A stretch of DNA of 64,000 nt. It comes from Clostridiales bacterium. GTDB lineage: Bacteria > Bacillota > Clostridia > Oscillospirales > Oscillospiraceae. Of this stretch, positions 18,150 through 27,190 are shown one piece after another (within the stretch, counting starts at the first letter, position 1; each line of letters begins with the position of its first letter). Below the pieces are notes generated by a model that worked only from the letters and a program-made list of their open reading frames with translations, ran no database searches and was not told where the DNA came from. Where the stretch lies: positions 13,909 through 77,908 of the forward strand of contig SFEG01000008.1 of assembly GCA_004558025.1 (NCBI GenBank), in the 5' to 3' direction. The position numbers were made by a program, and so were the translations under genes.

Positions 18150-20153
18150 TTACTCGGCCTCGGCCAGTGCCTTAGCCTCTTCGATGACCTTCTGCTGAAC
18201 GTTGCCGGGAGCTTCCTCGTAGCGGATGAACTTGCAGGTGAACGAACCGCGGCCCTGAGTCATGGAGCGCAGGTCGATGGTGTAAGAGCTCATCTCTGCC
18301 ATGGGAACTTCAGCCTCAACGGTCTGCATGCCGTCCTCTGCGTTCATGCCGAGAACGGTACCGCGGCGCTTGGAGGAGATATCGGACATGATATCGCCGA
18401 GGTTCGCGTCGGGGATGGTGACCTGCAGAAGGCCGATAGGCTCGAGGATGGTGGGCTTTGCCTTGGGGATGCCGTCCTGATATGCAAGACGTGCGGCGGT
18501 CTGGAACGCCATATCGTTCGAGTCGACGGGGTGGTAGGAGCCGTCGTACAGAGTGGCCTTCAGGCCGACCAGCGGGTAGCCTGCGAGCACGCCCTTCTGA
18601 ACTGCGTTGCGCAGGCCCTTTTCGACGGAGGGGAAGAAGTTCTTGGGAACGGAGCCGCCGAAGACTTCCTCTGCGAAGATCATCTCATCCTGCTCATCCT
18701 GCGGCTCGAAGCGGATCCAGACGTCACCGAACTGGCCGGAACCGCCGGACTGCTTCTTGTGACGGCCGTGAGCCTCGACCTTGCCCTTGATCTTCTCGCG
18801 GTATGCAACGCGGGCGGGCTTGAGCTCGGTCTCAACGCCGAAGCGGCTCTTGAGCTTTGCGCACAGAACGTCAACCTGAATGTCGCCCGCGCCGGAGATG
18901 ACCATCTGATGGGTCTCTGCGTTGTTGACGAGGGTGAAGGAGACGTCTTCTTCGTTAAGTCTTGCAAGACCGCCGGCGACCTTGTCGTCCTGCCCCTTGG
19001 TCTTGGGGGAGATAGCCATGGAGTAGCAGGGATCGGGCATCTCAAGTGCCGGGAGCTCGACTTCGTTCTTGGGATCGCAGACGGTATCGCCGGTCTTCCA
19101 CTCCATCTTGCCGACGGCGACGATATCGCCGCAGCAGGCTTCCTTGACCTCGGTGGTCTTCTTGCCGCAGATGGTGTAAAGTCTGCCGAGCTTGTCGGTG
19201 CTGGAGGTACGGACGTTGCGCAGCGAGAGGTCGGCAGTAATCTTGCCGGAGACGACCTTTACGAAGCTGTATTTGCCGAACTGATCGGAAACGGTCTTGA
19301 AAACGAAGCCGCAAACGGGCTCGGCGGACTTATCCTCGGGAGCGGGGACATAGTCGCAGACGGCCTGGAGAACAGCCTCGGTGCCGACGTTGGACATTGC
19401 CGCGCCGCAGACGACGGGAACTACGCTGCGCTCTGCAAGGCCTGCCTTGAGGCCGATGACGATCTCATCATCGGTAAGCTCCATGGTGTCGAGGAACTTC
19501 TCCATGAGCTCTTCGGTAACGGCTGCCGCTTCCATAAGCTCCATGCGCATCTCTTCGACCTTGTCCGCATCCGCTGCGGGAACCGCGACCTTTGCGGTCT
19601 TGCCGCCCTTGGTCTGATAAGCGGTGTTATGTACGAGGTCGATAACGCCGGTGCCGTCGGACATGGGGATCATGACCGGGCAGATGGCTGCGCCGTATTT
19701 TTCCTTGAGTGCGGACAGGACTGCGTAGTAGTCGCCGTGCTCTTCATCGATCTTGGAGATGTAGAACATTGCGGGAACGCCTGCTGCCTTGAGATATTTC
19801 CAGCTTCTCTCCGCGCCGACGGTGATGCCGTCCTTGGCAGAGCAGAAGATGATGCCGGTCTCAACAACGCGGATAGCGGCGAGAACGTCGCCGACGAAGT
19901 CGAAATAGCCGGGGCAGTCAAGAACGTTGATCTTGCAGCCGCCGAAGTTTACGGGGGCGACGGAGGTCGCGATGGTGATCTGGCGCTTGATCTCTTCAGC
20001 GTCATAGTCGCAGACGGTGCTTCCGTCGGTGACCTTGCCCATACGGTCGACAGCGCCGGTCGTGAACAGCATGCTCTCAGCAAGGCTGGTCTTACCGCTG
20101 TTGCCGTGACCCATGAAGCAGATGTTGCGAATGTTTTTGGTTTCGTAGCTCAT
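18150..20153 (-). CDS. Elongation factor G paralogue (EF-G2-like translational GTPase)
   Basis: Full five-domain EF-G architecture by length and similarity. G1 is GHGNSGKTS, G3 is DCPGYFDF (Tyr in place of the catalytic His) and G4 is SKID. Confidence 0.85.
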   Translation of the reverse strand: MSYETKNIRNICFMGHGNSGKTSLAESMLFTTGAVDRMGKVTDGSTVCDYDAEEIKRQITIATSVAPVNFGGCKINVLDCPGYFDFVGDVLAAIRVVETGIIFCSAKDGITVGAERSWKYLKAAGVPAMFYISKIDEEHGDYYAVLSALKEKYGAAICPVMIPMSDGTGVIDLVHNTAYQTKGGKTAKVAVPAADADKVEEMRMELMEAAAVTEELMEKFLDTMELTDDEIVIGLKAGLAERSVVPVVCGAAMSNVGTEAVLQAVCDYVPAPEDKSAEPVCGFVFKTVSDQFGKYSFVKVVSGKITADLSLRNVRTSSTDKLGRLYTICGKKTTEVKEACCGDIVAVGKMEWKTGDTVCDPKNEVELPALEMPDPCYSMAISPKTKGQDDKVAGGLARLNEEDVSFTLVNNAETHQMVISGAGDIQVDVLCAKLKSRFGVETELKPARVAYREKIKGKVEAHGRHKKQSGGSGQFGDVWIRFEPQDEQDEMIFAEEVFGGSVPKNFFPSVEKGLRNAVQKGVLAGYPLVGLKATLYDGSYHPVDSNDMAFQTAARLAYQDGIPKAKPTILEPIGLLQVTIPDANLGDIMSDISSKRRGTVLGMNAEDGMQTVEAEVPMAEMSSYTIDLRSMTQGRGSFTCKFIRYEEAPGNVQQKVIEEAKALAEAE

Positions 20154-20216
20154 GTGTTGCTTCCTCTCTTGAAAGATATATTAAAAATTTAATTTCGTAT
20201 AAAACGCAATCGATTT

Positions 20217-20245
20217 ATTATACACTATTGTATATTTAATGGCAA
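20217..20245 (-). promoter_or_regulatory. Sigma-A type promoter for the EF-G paralogue
   Basis: On the minus strand: TTGCCA, 17 nt, TATAAT. Confidence 0.45.
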
Positions 20246-20252
20246 CATTTTT

Positions 20253-22724
20253 TTAAGGGGTACGTATCGTGGTGCTCAGAATGACGGTTATGAGCAGCCA
20301 TGCGAGCAGATAGCTCAGCGCCGCCACGACGCCGGGCAGCGCCTTAAGGCTTATGATGAACATGACGATCATGCCGATAACGGCGCTCATTACGCTGAGC
20401 ATGACGCTGAGGCGTATGCGGCCGAAAAGCGCCTTGCCGTGGTCGGCCAGACTCACGAGCGGTGCGAGCCCCTCGCGCGATAAAAGCGCTGAGGGCTTAC
20501 TGCCCTCAGAGGGCTCCGCGCCGGATATGGCATAGCGCTCCGAGTACGGCGGGAAGTCGAAGCCGTCGGTCGGCATGTCGAACTTTACAGACAGCATCGA
20601 GGGCGTGATGTTGAAGTCGCGCACGGCGAATATCGCGTGCCTGTCCGAGCCGACGAGCTCTGCCAAGGCGCTCCTGACTGCGTCAGAGGCCGTGTATTCC
20701 ATCTCGAATACGCCGCAGATAACGCCCGCCACGGCAACGTATACGCCGTTATTGAGAACATATTTGTCCGGCAGCACTACGCCCATAAGACGCATGAACG
20801 CGGCATTTCCGCAGTAAACCGACTCGCCGTCGACCATTGCGGTGAGGCCTCCGCTTTCGTGCACCGAGAAAGCCTCGACGGTCATAAGGCTTCCGCCTGC
20901 CTTGCGCATGAGCTCGTTGAACGGATGTACCATTGCGCTGCCCGAGGCAGAGATGATGCTTCCGGCAAAGGATATTATCCTTTCCGGCTGCATACCGGCG
21001 AAAACGCGCGTTCTGCTTATCTTGACGCAGCCTTTCGGGAACAGATCGGAATCTGTTATTATAAGATGCTTTGCCTTGCCGATATCGTAAAGCCCCGACC
21101 AGCCGGCTATCGTCGAGCCTCTGCGGATGAGGCTTTTTATCGAGATGAAAAACGGCAGGGGGAAGGTTATGAGCATCGCTATGGGCGCGGCGCACACGAA
21201 TATGCCTGAGAGGATGTGCGCAAAGGAAGAGAAGCTTTTGCTTATAACGGCGGCGATAATGCTCAAAACCAGAGCTGCCGCGGTGAGATACGGCGCGAGC
21301 ACACCGAAAACGGACTCGTCCGGGCCGTCCTCCTCGGTGCGGCGGACCATACCGTCTACCGGCCTGCTGCCCTTGACAAGGGTAATATCCCCGCCCGAAA
21401 GCTCGGACTCGGCAGTCAGAACGTACGGGCGCTTTGCCGCGGCGGCGGTGTTGAATATGACTCTGTTGCTTCGTGCGTTCATGATGCAGCCGAGCAGTGT
21501 GAACGCTATCGTCAGCGAAGGAATAACGCAGAACGGCACGACCTTTTCGCCGACGTTTGCCGCGGACAGAAATGCGTCTATCATGCACAGCAGACACGAT
21601 ACGACGATAAGCGCGCTTGCGTGCAGCTTGAGCTTGACTATGCTCATTATGCCGGTCGTTATGATATCAAGGCCGCAGATCATGACGGCGATCATCATGA
21701 TAAGGCACACAGCGCTCTTAACGCCCGCGTCAAACAGCGCACCGGGCACGGGCAGACCGTAGGATATGTACATCATGACAGCGCACAGAACGAAGGCTAT
21801 ACGAGCTCTCAGCCTCAGACCGGCGATGTGCTTGTCGTAAAATTTCGCGGCCTTGTCCGGAGGCATCTCCTCGCCGAGATCCTCGGCTTCATAGCTCGTT
21901 TCGCCGAGCGTGACCTGGCTCTGCTTTATTTTCATCGCGATAAACGCCAGTGCGGTGATGACCGGCACGGCGACGGATTCGCGGAATGACTTCGGCTCTC
22001 TGCGCGCCTTTTCCTTTTTCGGTATCTCGGGTTCTATAACGGTGTAGTCGGCGTCGGCAGCGTATTTATCCTCGGGATTTTCCTCTATGCCGGAGCCCTC
22101 GTAAAGATCGGGCTCGGGCTCGTTTTCGGGGGGCTCGTCAAAACGTACCCTCGTCTGCTCGGACTCGGACTTCGGCTCCGACGGCTCGGAGGGAGATGAG
22201 AGATGCTCTTCGCGCAGCTTTGTCGGCTCGGGCTCTTCGACCGGAGCGGGCTCGGGCTCGATCACACGCCCGGCCGGAGCATCTTCGTGCCGGAACTCGG
22301 CGATTATGCGGTCAACCTCGTCGAGCACATCGTCGGCTACCGCTGTTTCGGCAGGGAAGGTGGAAGTTTCAGCTTCCTTCGCGGGAGCGGCGGGACGTAT
22401 GCTGTCCTCGGAATAGAACTCGCGGCGGACTGCCTGCGCATCGAGCTTTGAGGTGCTTTCGGAAATGCTGTCTTCCGACTCAAATTCCGCGGCTATTTCC
22501 TCGGGGTCGAAGTCATATTCATCCTGCGCGGGTTCGGCCTTGACGCCGTCGTTTATAACGGCGGAGAACACCTCGTCGAGTGCCTTCGCTGCGTCCTTTA
22601 TCGGCTCTGCCGGCTCAAAGACGGGCTTTTCGGATACGGGCTCCTCGTCGAGTGCGCCGAACTCGCTCAATATACTGTCAAGATCAAAGCTGAGATCGAC
22701 AGAGTTTTTATAATTTGGATTCAT
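20253..22724 (-). CDS. Membrane protein with a degenerate P1B-type ATPase core and a long acidic N-terminal extension
   Basis: Colinear with CopA-type ATPases, but the catalytic motifs are changed: CPC to CAAP, DKTGT to TDSDLF, TGDN to VRDFN, and no GDGxNDxP. The first ~250 aa are Asp/Glu/Pro-rich. Confidence 0.65.
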   Translation of the reverse strand: MNPNYKNSVDLSFDLDSILSEFGALDEEPVSEKPVFEPAEPIKDAAKALDEVFSAVINDGVKAEPAQDEYDFDPEEIAAEFESEDSISESTSKLDAQAVRREFYSEDSIRPAAPAKEAETSTFPAETAVADDVLDEVDRIIAEFRHEDAPAGRVIEPEPAPVEEPEPTKLREEHLSSPSEPSEPKSESEQTRVRFDEPPENEPEPDLYEGSGIEENPEDKYAADADYTVIEPEIPKKEKARREPKSFRESVAVPVITALAFIAMKIKQSQVTLGETSYEAEDLGEEMPPDKAAKFYDKHIAGLRLRARIAFVLCAVMMYISYGLPVPGALFDAGVKSAVCLIMMIAVMICGLDIITTGIMSIVKLKLHASALIVVSCLLCMIDAFLSAANVGEKVVPFCVIPSLTIAFTLLGCIMNARSNRVIFNTAAAAKRPYVLTAESELSGGDITLVKGSRPVDGMVRRTEEDGPDESVFGVLAPYLTAAALVLSIIAAVISKSFSSFAHILSGIFVCAAPIAMLITFPLPFFISIKSLIRRGSTIAGWSGLYDIGKAKHLIITDSDLFPKGCVKISRTRVFAGMQPERIISFAGSIISASGSAMVHPFNELMRKAGGSLMTVEAFSVHESGGLTAMVDGESVYCGNAAFMRLMGVVLPDKYVLNNGVYVAVAGVICGVFEMEYTASDAVRSALAELVGSDRHAIFAVRDFNITPSMLSVKFDMPTDGFDFPPYSERYAISGAEPSEGSKPSALLSREGLAPLVSLADHGKALFGRIRLSVMLSVMSAVIGMIVMFIISLKALPGVVAALSYLLAWLLITVILSTTIRTP

Positions 22725-22737
22725 AAATTACCCTCGG

Positions 22738-23502
22738 TCAGCCTCTGCGCTGGCGCAGTACTTCGTACATGATTATTGATGCGGCGGCGGAAGCGTTCAG
22801 GGAGTTTATCTTTCCCGCCATGGGGATGCTCACGATGAAATCGCAGCTTTCGCGCACGAGCCTTCCCATACCGTCGCCCTCGGAGCCGATGACAATAGCG
22901 CAGGAACCGGAAAAGTCTGTTTTCCAAAGCTCGCTGCTGCCCCCGGCTGCCGCGCCGTAGACCCAAACGCCCTCTTCCTTCAGCTCCTTGAGCACCGACG
23001 GAATGTTCGGAACGCGGGCTATCTTCATATGCTCGGCAGCGCCTGCCGAGGCCTTGCCGACGATGGCTGTAAGCCCCGCGCTGCGGCGCTTGGGGATTAT
23101 GACTCCGTGTGCCCCGGCGCACTCGGCGCTGCGGATGATCGCACCGAGGTTTCGCGGATCGCTCACCTCGTCGCAGACGATGATAAACGGCTGCTCATCG
23201 CGCTCTCCGGCAAGAGCGAGAATGTCGGACACCTCGCAGTATTCGTTCACGCCGACGAGCGCGACGACACCCTGATGCGCCTTCGTCACCGACATATTGT
23301 CGAGCTTGCGGCGGTCGGCATCGACAACGACTATCCCCGCCTCGCGCGCCTTGGACGCGATATGGCCGAGCGTTTTGTCCGTCTCGCCCTTGGCAATGAA
23401 TATCTTATCTATGCTGCGGCCTACGCGCAGAGCTTCGATAACGGCATTTCTGCCCTCGATTATATCGTTTTTGATCTCAAAATTATTTTCTCTATTTTGC
23501 AT
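22738..23502 (-). CDS. rlmB: 23S rRNA (guanosine-2'-O)-methyltransferase RlmB (SpoU/TrmH family)
   Basis: EGRNAVIEAL N-terminal substrate-binding region, and the SpoU motifs DPRNLGAIIRSAE and IVIGSEGDGM. The start was set to MQNRENNF. Confidence 0.88.
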   Translation of the reverse strand: MQNRENNFEIKNDIIEGRNAVIEALRVGRSIDKIFIAKGETDKTLGHIASKAREAGIVVVDADRRKLDNMSVTKAHQGVVALVGVNEYCEVSDILALAGERDEQPFIIVCDEVSDPRNLGAIIRSAECAGAHGVIIPKRRSAGLTAIVGKASAGAAEHMKIARVPNIPSVLKELKEEGVWVYGAAAGGSSELWKTDFSGSCAIVIGSEGDGMGRLVRESCDFIVSIPMAGKINSLNASAAASIIMYEVLRQRRG

Positions 23503-23692
23503 GTTTTCACCTGTGCTCACATTTGCAGATAATAATACAAAATACATTCTAACATATCCTTGCAGAAGTTTAAAGGAAAAAGTTTTTCCTGCGACAATTT
23601 TTTTGTGGACATTATAACGATTTGGATGTAAGATGCAAGATAGTATACTATAGATTACTGTATCTATCTATATCCTGCGAAAGGAAAGCAAT

Positions 23693-24538
23693 ATGAAAAA
23701 ACTCAACAAAAAGATCGACATGTTCTGCTACAGGCATCCGAGATTCGGTATACCGAACCTCATGCTGTACATTGTCGTTGTAAGCCTTGCCGTTTGGCTT
23801 CTGAGCATTATGGACAGCAGCAAAACGCTTTTGAGCTACTTTGCGTTTTCGCCCGAGCTTATATTAAAAGGACAGGTCTGGCGGCTTATAACGTTCATGT
23901 TCATACCGCAGGATCTGAGCATGTGGGCACTGCTGTTTTTCTATTTTTATTACTGGATCGGCAGCACGCTCGAACGCGAGTGGGGCACGGCGAGATTTAA
24001 TATCTTCATCTTCTCCGGCGTTATACTGACCATCATCTACGGCATGGTGATATATTTCATCACCGGGCAGTCGGCTTCCATCGGAACATATTATATCTAT
24101 CTGTCGATGTTCTTCTCGTTCGCTACGCTTTATCCGGACACGCAGGTGCTGTTCATGTTCATAATCCCCGTGAAGATCAAATGGCTTGCGTATATAAACG
24201 CGGCGTTTTTCGTGTTTGAGATGCTCGCGACGAAATTCCCGTTCAATCTTCTGCCGCTGATAGCGATGCTCAACTACCTTATTTTCTTCGGCTCGGATCT
24301 CATTTCGTCGATTTCATCCGGCGCAACGCGCTACCGCAAGACCACGGTCAACTTCAACCGCGAAAAGCAGAAGATTAAATACGAGCAGCGCCAGAAGGAT
24401 TATAACTACAAGTGCTGCGTCTGCGGCAGAACGGATAAGGATTTCCCGAATCTCGAGTTCCGCTACTGCTCAAAGTGCGCAGGTTATCACTGCTTTTGCC
24501 AGGATCATATAAACAACCACGTTCATTTCACGGAATAA
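23693..24538 (+). CDS. Rhomboid-like membrane protein with a C-terminal Cys/His-rich zinc-ribbon tail
   Basis: GQVWRLITFMF and WIGSTLEREWG resemble rhomboid TM2/L1 motifs. The tail is CCVCG...CSKCAGYHCFCQDHINNHVH. Confidence 0.6.
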   Translation: MKKLNKKIDMFCYRHPRFGIPNLMLYIVVVSLAVWLLSIMDSSKTLLSYFAFSPELILKGQVWRLITFMFIPQDLSMWALLFFYFYYWIGSTLEREWGTARFNIFIFSGVILTIIYGMVIYFITGQSASIGTYYIYLSMFFSFATLYPDTQVLFMFIIPVKIKWLAYINAAFFVFEMLATKFPFNLLPLIAMLNYLIFFGSDLISSISSGATRYRKTTVNFNREKQKIKYEQRQKDYNYKCCVCGRTDKDFPNLEFRYCSKCAGYHCFCQDHINNHVHFTE

Positions 24539-24559
24539 GCATACAGGGTGGATAAGAAT

Positions 24560-26284
24560 ATGGATGAGAGAAAGAAAATAACAGCAAAGACCATGATCGG
24601 AGCGGTCATACTTGCCGCGCTTCTGGTGCTGCTGGTGTTTATCGTCATTCGCGGCGTAAAGGCCAATAAGAGTCTGGGCGAGGCGATCGAGAGCCCCGTC
24701 GCGACCGCGGCTCCCACGCCCACGCCTACGCCGGAGCCCACGCCTGTTCCCGTCGGTCTGCCGGACTTCAAGCCGCACTCCGTCGACGGAACGGAGCCGG
24801 TAAGACTCATTTCCAAAACAGACATAATGGTCGACGGCGAGATAGTCGAGGATTACGAGAGCGATTATGTGATAGACTTCGACCTCCCGGAGAAATACAC
24901 CGAGCTTGAGGGTGTAATAACCTTCCGCGGAGACAATTACCGCACGGGAGCGGCCTACGGCACGGCAGAGATGAGCAATAAAAAGCTCACAACAGCGTGG
25001 ACAAAATCCACAAGCGGCCTGAGCGATACCGACGGCAGCTACTGGTCCGGCAGCGGCTGGACCGGGCAGCCGCTTATCGTCAAGTGGCCGGAGGCTACGC
25101 GGAAAAACATGGCCGCGATGTATGACTGGGCGCGCGAAAAAAAAGACCTTGTTGAGGTCATTTACGCAACGCTGGACGGTCATGTGTATTTCTATGAGCT
25201 CACGACCGGCGAATACACGCGCGACCCGCTGAATCTCGGATTTACATACAAGGGAGCGGGCGCTCTCGATCCGCGAGGCTATCCGATACTCTATGTCGGC
25301 TCGGGCGTTGACAGCGTAAACGGCAAATCACGCGTCAAGGTAGTTAACCTTATCGACAACTCCGTCATGTTCGAATTCGGGCACAACGAGACCTTTGCAA
25401 ACCGCAACTGGCATATGTTCGACTCATCTCCGCTGGTAAGCGCGCAGACCGACCAGCTCATCTATCCCGGCGAAAACGGGATACTGTATATAATCCATCT
25501 CAACACGAAATACAACGAGCAGACGGGTGAATTGTCCGTCGATCCCGATAACATCGTGAAATGGAAGTACGACAGTACTCGCAGCGGCAGCCGATACTGG
25601 CTCGGAGTTGAATCCTCGGCCGCGATAATCAACAATTATATTTTCCTTGCCGATAACGGGGGCAACCTCATGTGCCTTGACCTCAACACGCTTGAGCTTG
25701 TTTGGGTGCAGGATGTTCTCGACGATACAAACTGCTCTCCGGTCGTCGATATAGAGGATGGGCACCCCTACATCTACATAAGCACCTCGTTCCATTACGG
25801 CTGGCGCTCGTACTCGACTGCTGAGATACCCATATTCAAGATAGATGCAGAAACGGGTGAGATAGTTTGGCGCACAGACTATACCTGCTACACCGTGCAG
25901 GATCTCTCCGGCGGCGTTCAGGGCACGATCGCTGTCGGCAAAAACAAGCTCTCGGATATGATATTTGTCCCTGTTGCGCGAACTCCGGGCGCAAGCTCCG
26001 GAACGCTTGCCGCGCTTAAAAAGGACACCGGCGAAAAGGTCTGGGAGAAGGAAACGCGCATGTACAGCTGGAGCTCACCGGTGGACTTCTACGATGCCGA
26101 CGGCAACGGTTATCTGCTCTACTGCAACTCCGGATTTAATATGTTTCTGCTCGACGGCAAAACGGGCGAGGAGCTTGACTACATGAACCTCGGCGGAAAT
26201 ATCGAGGCTTCGCCGGCAATGTATGGCAATTATGCCGTCGTCGGCACGCGCGCTATGCGCACATATTGCATACAGGTGGGTTAA
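24560..26284 (+). CDS. Membrane-anchored PQQ-like beta-propeller repeat protein
   Basis: N-terminal TM helix, a Pro/Thr linker (PTPTPTPEPTPVP), then repeated propeller-like blades. The start was set to ATG 24560; the track uses GTG 24548. Confidence 0.7.
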   Translation: MDERKKITAKTMIGAVILAALLVLLVFIVIRGVKANKSLGEAIESPVATAAPTPTPTPEPTPVPVGLPDFKPHSVDGTEPVRLISKTDIMVDGEIVEDYESDYVIDFDLPEKYTELEGVITFRGDNYRTGAAYGTAEMSNKKLTTAWTKSTSGLSDTDGSYWSGSGWTGQPLIVKWPEATRKNMAAMYDWAREKKDLVEVIYATLDGHVYFYELTTGEYTRDPLNLGFTYKGAGALDPRGYPILYVGSGVDSVNGKSRVKVVNLIDNSVMFEFGHNETFANRNWHMFDSSPLVSAQTDQLIYPGENGILYIIHLNTKYNEQTGELSVDPDNIVKWKYDSTRSGSRYWLGVESSAAIINNYIFLADNGGNLMCLDLNTLELVWVQDVLDDTNCSPVVDIEDGHPYIYISTSFHYGWRSYSTAEIPIFKIDAETGEIVWRTDYTCYTVQDLSGGVQGTIAVGKNKLSDMIFVPVARTPGASSGTLAALKKDTGEKVWEKETRMYSWSSPVDFYDADGNGYLLYCNSGFNMFLLDGKTGEELDYMNLGGNIEASPAMYGNYAVVGTRAMRTYCIQVG

Positions 26285-26333
26285 AAGCAATTTTGATAAA
26301 ATAAGCATAGAGGAAAAGGAAAGGGAAAAGACA

Positions 26334-27077
26334 ATGAAATACGCGATTTTCTACTTCAGCCCCTGCGGCGGCACGAAAGCCGTTGCGGACATCATCAGCA
26401 AGGAGCTTGGCGATGCTCCCATGCAGGAGCTGACCACTCCGAGCATGAACACGGCTATAGACCGCGATACGCTCACGTTCTTCTGCATCCCGGTCTACGG
26501 CGGAAGAATTCCCAAGCCCATGTATGACAGAATGAAGATCATAACGGGCGATAAGACCCCCTGCGTGCCCGTCGCCGTTTACGGCAACCGCGCAGTGGAC
26601 GACGCTCTGCTCGAGATGAGCGACCTTGCCGCAAAGTGCGGTTTTGTGACCGTTGCCGGATGCGAGATCGTAGCTCCGCATTCTATAGATCCCGAGTTCG
26701 GAGCAGGCCGCCCCGACGCGAACGACAAGGCGAATATCCACGAGTTTATCGAAAAGCTCAAGGCTATGGACAGCTTCAGCCCCGTCAAAATGCCCGGCGA
26801 CCCCGGCTATGCCAAGAAAAAAGCTGCCGGACTGCCTCTGTACCCTGTTGCATCTAAAGAATGCATCGGCTGCGGCATCTGCGAAAAGTACTGCCCCGCG
26901 GGCGCGATAAAGGGCAAGCACATGAGAACCGTGCCGACAAAGTGCATAAGCTGCATGAGATGCGTAGCAATGTGCTCGACCGAGTCGCGCAAGGTACCGG
27001 CACCCATGCGCCTGGCTGCCCATCTTAAGCTCAAGAAGCTCTGCTCCGAGCGTAAAGAGGATAAGTTTTATCTGTAA
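26334..27077 (+). CDS. Flavodoxin-like domain fused to a 2x[4Fe-4S] ferredoxin domain (EFR1-like)
   Basis: MKYAIFYFSPCGGTK N-terminus, and C-terminal CIGCGICEKYCP plus CISCMRCVAMC motifs. The start was moved from the track ATG at 26223. Confidence 0.75.
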   Translation: MKYAIFYFSPCGGTKAVADIISKELGDAPMQELTTPSMNTAIDRDTLTFFCIPVYGGRIPKPMYDRMKIITGDKTPCVPVAVYGNRAVDDALLEMSDLAAKCGFVTVAGCEIVAPHSIDPEFGAGRPDANDKANIHEFIEKLKAMDSFSPVKMPGDPGYAKKKAAGLPLYPVASKECIGCGICEKYCPAGAIKGKHMRTVPTKCISCMRCVAMCSTESRKVPAPMRLAAHLKLKKLCSERKEDKFYL

Positions 27078-27190
27078 TAATTGCAAATTTTCTGACAATT
27101 TCATGTTGTGTTTACATCGATAAATGTGGTATACTAAGATATAAGACCTGATTTATAGAAAACATAAATATATATGGAAGGGGATACATA

